From positions 1,178,001 through 1,242,000 of the forward strand of contig NW_025964224.1 of the NCBI RefSeq assembly GCF_023055435.1: a stretch of 64,000 bases of DNA. The letters are read 5' to 3'. A program made the translations under genes and the position numbers. The notes beneath the pieces were generated by a model. It ran no database searches. It saw only the letters and a program-made list of their open reading frames with translations, and was not told the origin of the DNA. Of the stretch, positions 11,964 through 24,982 are shown piece after piece. Each line of letters starts with the position of its first letter. Positions within the stretch are counted from its first letter, which is position 1. The stretch is from Haliotis rufescens (Eukaryota).

Positions 11964-13075
11964 GATAAATGCTTGTCGTAAGAGGCGACTAATGGGATCA
12001 GGTGGTCAGGTTCGCTGACTTGGTTGAAGCATGTTATTGATCCCAATTGCATGGATAGATGCTCATGATATCAATCACTTGATTGTCTGGTCCAGACTCG
12101 ATTATTTACAGACAGCCATCATACAGCTGGAATATTGCTGAGTGCGGCGTAAAACAATAAACCGACAAACCAACACAATTATATAACTTTACAAGAACCT
12201 GTCAGACTCCTTGTTTCTAATGCATGTGTTTGAAATTAAGCATGAGTCAAGGACTGCTAGTGGTAACCCTGATGTTAAATGTTAGAGATTGAAGGAGGAT
12301 TCAAATACTACAGGAGCAAATCCCTGGAATCCCCTTAATTTCCAACACTACACATGGGAAGTCTGATTGTGATCTGTGACATTACATATGATGCACTTTG
12401 TCATGATGCTCTATTTGATAGAGTTATGATTTAACATGTTATATTTACTTGCATAATCTTGATTCATGGATATAAGGAAACTGCACCGAAATTTGTGGTT
12501 AAATATTCGATTTCATTTTGTGTATTCACTGATCATTTAATTCATCAGTTCAACTAGAAGAAAATGCCAAAGATTCCACTCGTGACTGAAAAGTTTTTTC
12601 CTGAAGCCATATGTAATTGTCATCCATTCAGAATCATTTGTGCATTACATAGTAGGTTAGTGTGTAACTGTACGACAGCCCTGTACAGTTACCGTGTAAT
12701 GTTATATTGTTTTATTATCATCTGTACTTACCAACATTTCCGTGTCGGTAGATTGGAAAGGAATAGTTATTCGACACAACGTCTCTAGAACTCTTGTGGA
12801 TGTCATGGGGGGAAAATGTCATTAACTTGGATGAGCAAATGGTTTTGAAAGTGGTAGACTGCAGAGAAAATGGATGAAAAACTGACAATATCTGAAATTT
12901 GAAATGCTTTCCTTTTGTACTGTGGTATTTAGACATAAGGACAACAGCTGTACGATATTTGTTGATAGTCCAAATTGCACCTGAATTTCATGTTATGGTA
13001 AAAGATCTGTTCATGGTGATCATTAGCTGGTGACCATTATGAAGGTACCTGACCTTGGCCCTATCACACAGACTA

Positions 13076-13232
13076 CAGCGGTTAAAACAAACATTTTGGG
13101 GCCACTAGCCCTTATAATGAAAACATACAGCAAAACCCTTAGAAATTGGCAAATATTTACTAGTCGTTATGATACCTTTACTATTGGACAATTTGTCAAG
13201 GACTACAGGACTAGTGCCAATTTCTAACACTG
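13076..13232. mobile_element. Second copy of the 9962-10117 MITE, in opposite orientation
   Basis: Reverse-complement similarity (gactagtgccaatttctaacactg), TSD gacta on both sides. Confidence 0.75.
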
Positions 13233-14217
13233 GACTAGGGATAGATACAGTGATGAGGCTGCCTTGGGCTGCTTGCTGTAGCTGCAGCCTGTTATTGAAG
13301 TCATAGACTCAACGTTTGTTTGTTTGTTTATTGTCTAACGCCACACTCAGCTGTATGAGGGCAGACTGTTATTGAAGTCATAGACTCAACGTTTGTTTGT
13401 TTGTTTATTGTCTAACGCCGCACTCAGCTGTAAATAATCGAGTCTGGACCAGACAATCCTGTGATTGATAGCATGAGCATAGATCCACACAATTGGGATC
13501 GATGACATGCATCAACCAAGTAAGCGAGCCTGACCCCCGATTCTGTTACTCGCCTCTTACGACAAGCATAGTTGCCTTTTACTGCAAGCATGGGTTGCTG
13601 AAGATCCATTCTACCCCGGATCTTCACGGAACGACTCATCATTTGACCACAACATTTACCCAAGGTTCAAATGAAAGTTCAATAATAATTACAGCTGTTC
13701 CCTTGTTGCCCTTGAATTATATGAATGCCTTCCCTGAACACATGCTAAATGCAGTCCGCCATTGCCTAGGTTCAGTTTCTAGGAATGATAATGAGAACGG
13801 TGTGGTAGCTGTGTCAAAGTCTAGTTTTCTTCAGATAAGATTACTGTTAACAAATAGCAATCTACCACAGTTATAGATATTGAAACATCGATGTTGCAGT
13901 AAAGATGGTAAACCAATTTGATGTAAACAGTTAATAAACACAGCAGTTTACTCACAAAACTGGGGATCCAGGGGACCCCCAATAATTAATTTCAGCGATT
14001 CTATAAGATTCTTTCGTGGATAGTCATCATGGCCATTGTGATGTGAAAGTCATGGTCTAAGGGAGATAACTATCTGATTATTTATTGTCTCCCCTTATGA
14101 CGGTTTGATAACTTTCAAAATACATCATTTGATAGGCCTATGATATATTTACAGTATGTTTTTAAATGTAAGCATGGTAAATATTCTTTTTGTGTTCATG
14201 TTCCTGTTGTCTTTCAG

Positions 14218-14302
14218 ATTCCAAGTAACTGTGGACAGTAGAGGATAGGAGTCAGGAGATAGCCTGGCAAGGAAGAGATTGATCCTGTCTGTTTGCCTGA
14301 AG
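14218..14302 (+). other. Putative non-coding 5' UTR exon 2 of the zinc-finger gene
   Basis: Polypyrimidine acceptor ttcctgttgtctttcag| and donor aag|gtaaag around an 85-nt purine-rich segment with no ATG. Confidence 0.6.
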
Positions 14303-14688
14303 GTAAAGATTTCTGTAGATGATGACTGTAACATTTGTCATCAGATTGTGCTTGGTTTGGTCTATGTACCTGATGGAGAGGGAAGCTTGATTGATTAGGT
14401 TAGGATATGGATGATTATGATGATTGAGGTTAAGAATAATTCAATATTCTTATAATTCTGTATGATTCAATAGACTTTCTTAAAAGATAACCTTGATAAC
14501 TGTTTGAAATGAAGAATAAAATAAAATTTGTTATACCTATTTGTTAAATATTAAAGATGTATATGATTTAGGAGTTTATGGAAAGAATCCTCATGGGCCC
14601 CTATAAGTTCATGTTATATTTGATCACATTGTCAATCATGTAATATATGTTATGTTGTAATTTTACTACTATTTGTGTTTTTAACATG

Positions 14689-14963
14689 GGGGTGGCCCAG
14701 TCATCTATGGCACTGCAATTCGCTGTCAGAGTTGCGTAGCTTTGGCACGCCAGAAATCTATGATTGTTGGTTCGAATCCCTGTTTCGCCCAAATTAAGTT
14801 TCTAGGTTTGTCAGCACCATATCCGTTCTCGTGGGTTTCACCAAAGTGGTATATGTGTAGGTCCTGCATTGCTCTAGGCCTTCCTGCCTCCTTAATCTTA
14901 CATCCCGTGATATGAGAGGAATACTGTTCAAAGCAGCATTAAACCCAACTCACTCACTCACTA
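14689..14963 (+). mobile_element. SINE family D (tRNA-like head with a long A-box to B-box spacer)
   Basis: ggtggcccagtc...ggttcgaatcc, (cact)n tail, TSD ttaacatg at 14681-14688 and 14964-14971. Other copies, approximate: 34805-35070 (-), 47550-47730, 61100-61280, and an old copy at 21620-21790. Confidence 0.8.
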
Positions 14964-15065
14964 TTAACATGTGAAGACACTAACAGTATTGTAAGTCCAG
15001 TGTAAAACATCATTCACTCACTTGCCTAATAAACATTTGTCATTGAATTTCCAGGTTAAGTAACA

Positions 15066-18000
15066 ATGTCAACGAAGGAGGCGGAAGTGGAACGTGTCAA
15101 GAATGAGGAGGCGCCCCAGAAAGCAGATGTACAGAAGACAATTCCTCAAGGAGAAGAACCTTCAAAGACTCCCCCAAGAGCAGAAGGATCGATGTCGCCT
15201 CGAAGGTCAGCTCGAGGCTCTCCTCGGGGTCGGTCGCCGCGGAGGTCACCAAAGGGTTGCGTGGATGAAAATGAGATTGAGATCAGGGTGGAGGTCCATG
15301 ATGAAGACAACAGTCAGATGAATGAGAGTGAAGAAGAGGAAGAGTTCGGTCAGTCCAGGGAACTAGAGGAGCTTATTAGGAAGAGGTCAGAGGAAGGATT
15401 TTATATGGAGGACGAAGAGGAGCCTGAAGAAGAAGAATATGAAGAAGAGATAGCGGAAGAAGAGATAGCGGAAGAAGAAAATAAAGATAAAGAGTCCGCT
15501 GGAGAAGAGGATGGAGAGAAAGAAGGGGAAGAGGAAGCAAAGACTGGTGAAGAAATGGAGGAAGAGGAAGATCAGGAGAAGGCAGCTGGTGAGGAAGCAG
15601 GAGAGAAAGGAGAAGATATGCAAGAGGGAGACATGGATCTGGAGGACGAAGATAAGTCTGATGATGAGGTGTTAGCTGACAAACAAAAGACTGTGAAGAA
15701 AAGAGGCAGGCCATCAAGGGCATCTAAAGGGGATATTGAGGAAACTATTTCCAAGTTAGGAAAAATGAAGACCAAGAGTCCAGTGAAGAAATTTGTTTGG
15801 GGTGATGATGAAGAGGAGGAAGTGACAAAGGCAAGGACTACAAAAGGAAAGACAGCAAAACAAACCAAATCTGCACCTGTAAAGATTGTAAAGAAAGGCA
15901 AGGCTGCTGCCGCCAAAGTGTCAAAGGTTGTTGCAGACAAAAATGCTAAAGAGTCAAAAGCAGCCTCAGCTAAAGGCAAGGGAACAACAGCGAAGGGTAG
16001 CGCCAAGGCTTCTGGTGCCAAGTCTGCTGTAGCTAAGCAGTCAACTGCAAAGCCAACACAAGCTAAGCTATCTGCTGCCAAATCTAAGCCTGCTCCAAAA
16101 CCCAAATCTGCTCCAAAGAAAAGGGGGCGTAAACCTGTTTCCAAGTCTGATGTTGCTTTGGTAGTAATTGATACTTCTAAAGAAAATGAAGAAGTGGAGG
16201 AAGATGTGGAAGATGTGGAGGAAGAAGAACCAGATAATGATTTGGATTTAGATTATACTGTTCAAGTTAATGAAGGTGATGCGTTAGATGATGATGATGA
16301 GGAAGATGATGAAGAAGGTCCCCCAGTGTTGGAACCAATGGTAACAAAATCTGCTGGGAAAAAACAAGTTGCCAAGGTGGAGGCGGGTGGCATACAACCA
16401 AGGACTGCTCTGCAACTGAAAAGTATTCAGGTACGTGAGAAAGCTAAAGAACAAGTGTCAAAGGTACGTGAAAAACCTAAAGAACAAGTATCAAAGAAAA
16501 ATGTTGAAGTGTCTGAGAATAAAGATGAACCAGTATCAAAGGATCCTTATCTCTTTGAAGAAATGAACAAGGGAGGTTCTGACCATCCTATCAAAGTGTC
16601 AAAAGGAAAGAAGCGTGATTCATCAATTCCTTCTGGGAAAATCAAGGTCTACAAATGTGAATACTGTGACAAAGGCTTTATTAAGTTTCAAGGACTGGTT
16701 AAACATAGACGTGTGCACACTGGTGAGAGGCCTTATAAATGTGAGACATGTGGCAAGGGCTTTACACAATCCCAAAATCTTATCATCCATCGTAGAATCC
16801 ACACTGGTGAGCGTCCATATAAATGTACGCTCTGTGGAAAAACATTTTCCCAACTTAACAGTGTCATCAACCACACACGAGGACACACAGGAGAGAAGCC
16901 GTATGCTTGTCCACTTTGTGATCGCTGCTTCCCCAATTCCACTGATGTCAAGCGACACATGAGAGTACACACTGGAGAAAAGCCCTACAAATGCAGCCAC
17001 TGTGACAAAGCATTTGCCAAGTCGTTCGATGTGAAGAGACACGAGCGTACCCACACTGGCGACAAACCCCACAAGTGTCAGCTGTGTGGCAGAGGGTTCG
17101 CCCAGTCGGCTAACATGCTGAGACACGTGAGAACCCATGTGTTGAAGTGTGAGACGTGTGACATGGTCTTTACCCTGCATGAGGAGCTGTTGGAGCATGT
17201 GAAGACTCATGGCGAGACTATGCCCTACAACTGCAGCCAGTGTGACCGAGGCTTCATGAGGCTACAGCACTTGAAGACCCACATCAAGAAACATTCAAAC
17301 ACCAAGGAGTTCTCATGTGACGAGTGCGGGAAGAGTTTCAGTAAGAAGCAGAACTTGGTGAAGCATCTCACGTTTCATTCAGATGACAAGCCATTTGACT
17401 GTCAAGTCTGCGGGAAGAGTTTCTCCAGCGTGCAGAACCTGAAGGCCCACATCCGCATCCACACAGGGGACAAGATGTTCACATGCAGTGTGTGTAAGAA
17501 GGAGTTTGTGAAGAAGGCAGATTTAGTCCGACATGAGCGTGTTCATTCTGGGGAGAAGCCATTTGTGTGTGTTATCTGTGAAATGGCCTTTTCCCAATCC
17601 CACCACCTCAAGAAGCATTACACCAAGCATAATCTGGAGGAGTTGGAGGGGGTGGACACGTCTCTGCTGGAAGACTCTCAGAACGGAGCTGTGGTTGTTG
17701 TAGCTGCTGAAGGAGGAGAGATGGAGAAAATGACAATAGTCAAGGCTACGGGAGTTGAGGAAGAGGAGGAAGAAGAAGAAGAAGAAGAGGAGGAGGTGAC
17801 ACCAAGTCCAGTGAAGAAAGGGAAGAAAGCTAAGCCTGTTGAAGTGGAAAAGGCTAATGATAAAGGTCGAGCTTCATCTCGTTTGAAAACAACAAAGAAA
17901 CCTGCCGGTAAGAAGCTTGAGGTTAAAATTGGTAAAGATTCCAAGAAGAGGAAGCAGAATGATGACAGTGGGAAGACCGAAGTGCCTCAGAAGAAGGGGG

Positions 18001-18389
18001 TGAGAGGAAGACCTCCTAAACAAGTGGCTGTAGAGACTGAGAATGGTGTCGAGCCTATGGATGTGGAAGCTGATGCTGGCAACGCTGCAGAGGCTGAGGA
18101 GCAAGTTGCAGAGACCCCCACAAAACCAAAGCTGAAGAAAGGTGGAATTGTTAAAGGAAAAGCTAAAGTCAACCAGGCTGCAAAGAACGAAGCCGTGAAA
18201 AGTCATTTTGCTAAAAACCTGGCATTGCGGCGGATATCCACTGAAAGTGAAACTCAGACTGCAACACCATCAAAAGACTCTGTTGAAACTCAGACCTTCG
18301 GAACTCAAACTGGACGGAAGGATGATATGAAGGGGGTGCGTATCCTTACAGCAACACCAAGATCTATTTGTGGGGAGGAGGATGAGTGA
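15066..18389 (+). CDS. C2H2 zinc-finger protein, 1107 aa, 12 fingers, with AT-hooks, acidic tracts and a K/A-rich region; single coding exon
   Basis: Intact long ORF. 12 CxxC...HxxxH fingers at about 16650-17630, with TGEKP-type linkers in the first six. Splice acceptor ttccag| at 15054/15055, 11 nt before the ATG. Confidence 0.95.
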   Translation: MSTKEAEVERVKNEEAPQKADVQKTIPQGEEPSKTPPRAEGSMSPRRSARGSPRGRSPRRSPKGCVDENEIEIRVEVHDEDNSQMNESEEEEEFGQSRELEELIRKRSEEGFYMEDEEEPEEEEYEEEIAEEEIAEEENKDKESAGEEDGEKEGEEEAKTGEEMEEEEDQEKAAGEEAGEKGEDMQEGDMDLEDEDKSDDEVLADKQKTVKKRGRPSRASKGDIEETISKLGKMKTKSPVKKFVWGDDEEEEVTKARTTKGKTAKQTKSAPVKIVKKGKAAAAKVSKVVADKNAKESKAASAKGKGTTAKGSAKASGAKSAVAKQSTAKPTQAKLSAAKSKPAPKPKSAPKKRGRKPVSKSDVALVVIDTSKENEEVEEDVEDVEEEEPDNDLDLDYTVQVNEGDALDDDDEEDDEEGPPVLEPMVTKSAGKKQVAKVEAGGIQPRTALQLKSIQVREKAKEQVSKVREKPKEQVSKKNVEVSENKDEPVSKDPYLFEEMNKGGSDHPIKVSKGKKRDSSIPSGKIKVYKCEYCDKGFIKFQGLVKHRRVHTGERPYKCETCGKGFTQSQNLIIHRRIHTGERPYKCTLCGKTFSQLNSVINHTRGHTGEKPYACPLCDRCFPNSTDVKRHMRVHTGEKPYKCSHCDKAFAKSFDVKRHERTHTGDKPHKCQLCGRGFAQSANMLRHVRTHVLKCETCDMVFTLHEELLEHVKTHGETMPYNCSQCDRGFMRLQHLKTHIKKHSNTKEFSCDECGKSFSKKQNLVKHLTFHSDDKPFDCQVCGKSFSSVQNLKAHIRIHTGDKMFTCSVCKKEFVKKADLVRHERVHSGEKPFVCVICEMAFSQSHHLKKHYTKHNLEELEGVDTSLLEDSQNGAVVVVAAEGGEMEKMTIVKATGVEEEEEEEEEEEEEVTPSPVKKGKKAKPVEVEKANDKGRASSRLKTTKKPAGKKLEVKIGKDSKKRKQNDDSGKTEVPQKKGVRGRPPKQVAVETENGVEPMDVEADAGNAAEAEEQVAETPTKPKLKKGGIVKGKAKVNQAAKNEAVKSHFAKNLALRRISTESETQTATPSKDSVETQTFGTQTGRKDDMKGVRILTATPRSICGEEDE

Positions 18390-21300
18390 AGGAGTTGCCA
18401 GTAACCATGGAGATGTCATAGATAGGATTAGATGCCCAAGCATAATTCTCTCCTTGAATCTCTATAAAACATCATTGTTGAAAGTCATTCAAATCAGCAC
18501 TGAAGTCTGCTACACATCCAGGTATGCCAGATTGAATATACCCACATACATGCATCTTATACATTTGTACTCTGTATATGTGATGTGCTGATGTCAAAGA
18601 GAGCTGACCTGAAACTTTATCAAAGTCATAGATTCTGAACTTCAACCCCATGTTAGAGTGAATGTGTTTTAGTAGTATGCTGTTCTGGAGGTGGGTTTGG
18701 TTGACGGTAAACAGTTCTATGTTGCTACAACCCTGACTTCATTGGGACAATTGTGAATGGCAGTTTGTGGTTATTGTCTTTACGAATATCTATGAACACT
18801 TCTGCTAACATTGAAATAATTCCAGATGACCTAAGCTGTTTTTTGTTTTGATATTTTATCATTTCCTATTTCTTTACATATATTTCTGTTATGTATCACA
18901 GATTTGAGGGCACTTTATTTGTAAATGGCAGTTTGATTTTATGTTTTTATCTCAATATTATTGAATGTTTGTATCCAGATAGTGTTAGCTGGGAGGTCCT
19001 TTACTGACAGTATGTGAGATGGCACAGGTGTCATGTTGTTTTGTCAGCTGAGGTTTGTGTCATTTAAGCATTTGCATTCACGTCACATATCATGTTGATA
19101 AACACATTAGAAGTAGATACCATTCTATGAGAACATTCTGCGAAAGAGGCGTCAGGATTTACGCACTGACTCATCAAGTCATTATATTCATCCATTTATA
19201 ATAAAACACCAGTAACTTACTCACATGACCTGTTGCATTTAAGAAATCTTCAGCTTGGATTATGAATATGTTGCCCATGTGGCATGAGTGATGCAGCATT
19301 ACATGTTAGTCACTGAATGGTGATGGATGCGTGGGGGTGGTGGTGTGGTCAAAGGGAGATAACTCCCCGGAGCAAGATGTGTCTGTTTGGTGGGCACAGG
19401 TTTTATATCTATACCAATTCCATGTGTATTGTATCCTTGTGTAGGTTGTCTTAAGCAATTCCAGTCATGTCATGATTCTCTTTGTTGAGTCTTGTGTATC
19501 TTTGAATTTCAAGGGCATATTAAGAAGAATGGAACTTCACTTTTATTTATTTTGGTAAGACATATGAATTTTATCTTGTAAGTTGTTCCTGGTGATGAAG
19601 TTCACTGTGGCAATATGATGTGTGGTTTAAGTGCCTTTTAGCATCCCATTAACACAGATTGATTGCATACATTTAGAGAATTTGACATGTGTTTTATCAT
19701 GTTAATGTTAATGAATTGTTATGACGGAAAATCATTTTTCTAATTAGTGAACACAACTGATTTTAACAATTACAGTAATCATGGTAGTATTGTTTGCTGT
19801 GAGCCGTGTCGACTGCATGTCTTGTTGCTTCACTTCCAACCATCCTGCTACTGCAGGTGGAATTCTTGATCATTCTGCTTCTGGAACTATTAAGGCGAGA
19901 AACATTTTAACATTTGTTGTTTCATATTTATCAACTTAACAGAAATTAAGCAGATTTGCTTTGTCGAAAATACCAATGAACCGGACTTCTAAATATGAAG
20001 TTGTGTGAAATTTTATATATTTTCCCTCTGTATAATTTTAACTCCATGTAACCTGTTTCGCACCATGTCATTGATCATCAGCTGTAATTCCCTGAATGTG
20101 TGTATATATTATATTATATTATCCTGGACCACAGGCGAAGGGAGATACGTGTAACTCTGTGATGGGCCACCCAGTGTTCACAGGATTCACTAGTGTTATA
20201 ATCAAGTAGGGGTGTCTGCCAAGGATTTGTCTCTCAAACCTTGCTCGTCTTGTTTAGCCTGGGGCCGGACCAATGTTTTGCAGCAGGGTGGTGAAGTGGC
20301 GAAATGTTGAGTCTAAAACTGCAGACCTGTCTTCAATTCATGGGTATTATATGTAAAGCCCACTATGTGTGCTCAGTGTTGAGATAGGGCTTGGATGTTG
20401 CTCTGAACAACTTGAAACTCACTCATGTTGTGGAGTTTTCTATGCCAGTTTTTGGGAAGAGAAACTGTTTGTTATCTTCATGAAAGAACATTCCATGTAA
20501 ACATAAGATTTGCGAATTTTGAAATGTGACTGATACAAGACCCTCAGGAACCCAGTTATGTCGCCAGTCATTCATGATAAGTACCTTGGGGCCCACTTGC
20601 TTGAAAGTGACTTCACTCATAGAAAATTTCCCACATTTCTCTCGCTCATGAGTGTAATTTGATGGCTATATTTAGTATCTAGTTAATCATATTGAACTCA
20701 AAACGGAGCTATGGGTCCTGGATATTGGTCATTACAGAATATAATACCCTGGATAATCGAGGATGATACAAGGCAAACGTTGGTCTGGCCAAGATGTCCA
20801 TAGTTATTGGTGTACTCCCCAATGAAATATGTCATGCTTTGTGAATCGCGGCATGGTGATATATTAGACTAATCCTATCATGATACATTATTTTGTACTT
20901 GAGGAAAACTTTCTGGTCCTGTTAACATAGTGAGAAGAGACCTCACAATTTAGCAATAATGTCATGTATATACTGTTTATTAGTCATGTTCTTATCAACA
21001 AGATAACAAAATTAATAAAACCAACATTCACATGTTCATCTTTTCCATTGCCTTAATGTATGATGTTATTGCAGGATATTTGTATATAATATGCATATAT
21101 ATGCCTTATCCCTGTGCTATGATGTGTGGTATTGTAAACAGTCAGATGATAGGAGTGTAAATATTATATACTTTCTGAATGAAATGCTGCTTGACTGCTG
21201 GCTGACTGCTGCTTTGAAGTTACCAGTCTAGATAAATCACAAATAGGAACTTATTTTTATTTGCTTTTACTGAATACCGGTTTAATTTCAAATATAGCTT

Positions 21301-21470
21301 TAGAAATCCTACTTGAGAGGTGTTCCAGTTGCCTAGTGACTATGACAGGGCTCTCGCCCCTGATGGCATCACAGGTTCAATACCACCACATCCTGTATAC
21401 AATGGTATACATTGAGGAAAAACTGAATCAGATAACAGGACATGATTTTTGAATAAACTTAAACTAAGCA
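18390..21470 (+). other. Putative long 3' UTR of the zinc-finger gene
   Basis: About 3 kb of T-rich, CpG-poor DNA with no recognisable SINEs. AATAAA at 21014, 21452 and a more distal one at 22786. Confidence 0.45.
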
Positions 21471-21955
21471 AAGTTATCTGCTTTGATAGGATATATACTG
21501 AAATCTGTTACTGGTTAAAGAGATTTTAGACCAACATAGGTAGGTCATTGGCATTCACACTAGTCAAGGTTCCGCAATAGTCTGTCATTAGTGTAAGAGT
21601 GTGTTCCTTTGCTGTGTCAGGATCAGTTAGTTGTAGGTTTGGATCTCAGATTGAACTGAGATACTTGGTTTGTCAGCACGTCTTGAGTTCTGTTTCACTT
21701 CAGGCTGTCCTACCACATTATGCTGACACACCGTGATATCATTGGAACACTATTCAAAGTGGTGTAATACCCGACTCACTTTCTCACACCTCATGATTCA
21801 CCTGTAATACTGTTCAAAAGCAATGCTAGACCTAACTTCACAAAATATTCAGCTTAATACTAATGTCAATTTCAAAGAGAAAATATGTTTTACATGACGT
21901 TATCCTGAAACAGTTCCATTCTTCAGTTTGATTTGATCTCGACCCTCTCCGTGTA

Positions 21956-22292
21956 CAGGGATTTATATGGACCTGTGCGGGGGCCGATATATTTTGCCCC
22001 AAGTCCATGGCAAATGTCATTAAAAATTCCCAATTTGGAATTTATATTTTTCCAATTATGTTATAACTCATAACTAAGTGTATGGGTTTGGAGAGGTAAC
22101 CTGCATTTCACTGATAATAGGATCAATAAATAGGAAGAGGTTTCAATGCTTGGTTTTATATTGTTAAATTGCATGCAATCTTATCATACAATGTTAAAAG
22201 GATTGAAGTAATCCCAATTTTGAATAAAATGATGATTTTTTCCCGAATTGCATGCCAGGGACACTTAGTTTTGAATTGTAGATAAATCTCTG
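21956..22292. mobile_element. MITE with CAG...CTG ends and a 5-bp TSD (hAT5-like), different family
   Basis: TIR cagggatttat / ataaatctctg, TSD gtgta at 21951-21955 and 22293-22297. Confidence 0.7.
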
Positions 22293-24982
22293 GTGTAATG
22301 TTGAATTCAGTGTGGATAACCGGGGGTGTTGTTATTAATGAAACATCTACTGTTGGTCAAAGCTTGTGCAACCTTGGATTCTCCTTGGTCAGTGTATGAT
22401 AGAAGCATGTTACAACTATACATACTATAAATGTCCAATTGATGGCATTGCGAACTAAAGCCACAGATGTTGATATCAATGGAACTGTCTCTCTAATTTA
22501 ACAATATCAGTGATATGTGACCAGCACTTTAAAGTTCTACCATTCTCTCTGCAGTCATTAAATCATGGATAGTTGCTTGACCTATGACCATCAGTATGAG
22601 ACTCAAAGTAAAATTCAAGTTTGTGATTTGTACTGACTGTGAAACAAATGTATGCCTTGTATATGATTCATTATGTGAAAATTGTAAGTTTTTTACACGA
22701 CATGCTGTTTGGTGTGTGATGATTACAGAGAGCTCTGCAGGCTATGTAGTATTCCATGCTTTATTATCAGTTTTCCTTTTCATCTAATAAATAAATTGTT
22801 TTTCTAATTATTTTTGCCATAAATCATGAAACAATTGACTTTTGTGATTGTACGAATAAATGATAAATTTGTCTTGTGCTGGTTTTGTTTTCTCTTTCTT
22901 TTCTTGACATACATACACAAGAAGGAAAGGCTGTTGGATCAGACTGAAGATCAGGTGCCTCATGCTTGTCTCCAAGTAGAATGGATCCCTGGTGCCCCGT
23001 GCTTATCTCCTCCACCTTTGAGATGTGGACAGAATAGGTTCCTAGTCTGCCATGCTTGTATTAATGTGGGGATTTTAGGGGAAGAATAGGTCCCTAGTGC
23101 CTTTACTTGTCTCCCTTTGAAGATTTTAAGGGATACCTGGCCTCAGGTACTCCATGATTGTCTCCCTTTGGTGTTTCTGTGACAGAAGAGGTCCCTGGAG
23201 TCCAATACCTGTCAAGGAAAGAACCACTAAAACAGATATTGTCAGGCCGTGTGGCCTGACCCCGGTAGCATGAACAACACAGACTCCTGGGTGAAACAAG
23301 TCACTCACGCTTTATCTCCATATGCAGTACCATTAAGAACATGCCTCCATGGAAGTTTGTAAGAGGTAATGAGATATTCTCCCCGTGCTTGTCCAGTAAT
23401 TGTAGGCTTGTTGGGATCTTATGTAAGATTCATAAACGGTTGGTAATCCAGTTACTGTTTAACAGGTCGAAGTGAGGGCGATGAACTGTTACGGTTAAGG
23501 CAAGAGGAGATTGGAAATTCATGTGAACTGTTACGTCAGTGGTGGACAAGATGTGGCAAGAACACGTCATGTGATCATTTCAAATGGGATTGCCTAGACT
23601 CACTGTATAAGCTAGGTTTTGATAATGTTCATTTTCTAGAACGATGTTTTTGATATACTGTTATGTTTGTTTGTTGTTTAACGCCGTAAAACACCGGTCT
23701 GTAAAAAAATCGAGTCGGAGTCAGACAATCCAGTGATTAACATCTTGAGCAACGATCCACGCCACTGGGATACGATGACATGCATCAACCAAGTCAGCAA
23801 GCCTGACCACTCGATCCCGTAAGTCGCCTCTTACGACATGTATAGTCGCCTTTCTACAGCAAGCATGGGTTACTGAAGACCTATTCTACCCCGGATCTTC
23901 ACGGGTCTATACTGTTTTGTCTTTATATGTTCCATATATATATATATACGTATTGCATTGTTCAACTGCCTTTATGGTGTCTGGATCGTCTGGCCGGAGA
24001 CGGAAGGTCGATGCTTCGATCCCCTGGCCGCGTCATACCAAAAGACGTTATAGGATGGTAGCTGTTGTAACATTGCCTGGCGCAGGTCATTAGGAAATAA
24101 AATAACGACTGGTCAGCTCGGAGTCCCTGTACTGTATTTGAGTGGGGTATCCATGTGAAACTACAGCATGGAAGCTCAGGGCTAGCACTTATAAACCAGT
24201 ATTAGTCCGGACACACACATGCACGCAATGTTAAAACCCTATTTTGGAAAAGTGAAATTTATTTAATTAGACCCGATTTATTTAAAGTGAAATTATGACC
24301 ATTCGAAATCTACCACAGACGTAAAAAAATAGATAATAATTGAAGCGCCCCTAAAATATACGGAAACCGGCATATTTGAAGTATTCTTTCTCGGAAATGT
24401 CGGCTTGTGAAAAATATTCATGTTACCGAAGGTCCGTTGAAGATTGTGCCTTCCATGGCATTGTGTATTATAACATATCATTCATGCTGAAGTGTGGCCA
24501 CGTGTGTCCCTCGCTCTGTGGCGACCATGCTCGCGAAGGTATCTCCCGGGGCAAGTATACATAGTGGACCAACTGTATTGATCACCGACCTAAGTAAATA
24601 TATTTTGTAGCTGGGAAAGTGTAGCCATGTACTGCTTCACTATTACTGCTCGACATGATGTCGACCCGTGAAGATCCGGGGTAGAAAAGGTCTTCAGCAA
24701 CCCATGCTTGGCGTAAAAGGTGACTATGCTTGTCGTGAGAAGCGACTATAGTGATCGGATGGTCAGGCTTGCTGACTTGGTTGATGCATGTCACCGTATC
24801 CCGATTGCGCGGTACGATGCTCATGAACTGGATTGTTTGGTGCAGACTCGATTATTTACAGACCGCCGTCATATAGCTGGAATACTGCTGAGTGCGGCGT
24901 TAACAACAAACACATTATATCTCATGTCATATATCTCCCAGTTTTGAAGGCATTCGCCATCGCGTTTATCTGCGTTGCGCAG

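Noticed and set aside
10224-12018. His-rich (VWSVHIHTSSHL)n and (CGQYTYTLLVT)n ORFs as metal-binding or shell proteins
   Set aside because: They are translations of a 36-bp minisatellite, broken by 2-bp deletions and open in several frames.
15376-18206. Antisense and alternative-frame ORFs overlapping the zinc-finger CDS
   Set aside because: Shadow ORFs from the biased codon composition, with no domain signal.
22950-23210. Degenerate ggtccct.gtgcc.catgcttgtctcc repeats as a regulatory array
   Set aside because: Most simply an old decayed minisatellite, with too few and too diverged units to support more.
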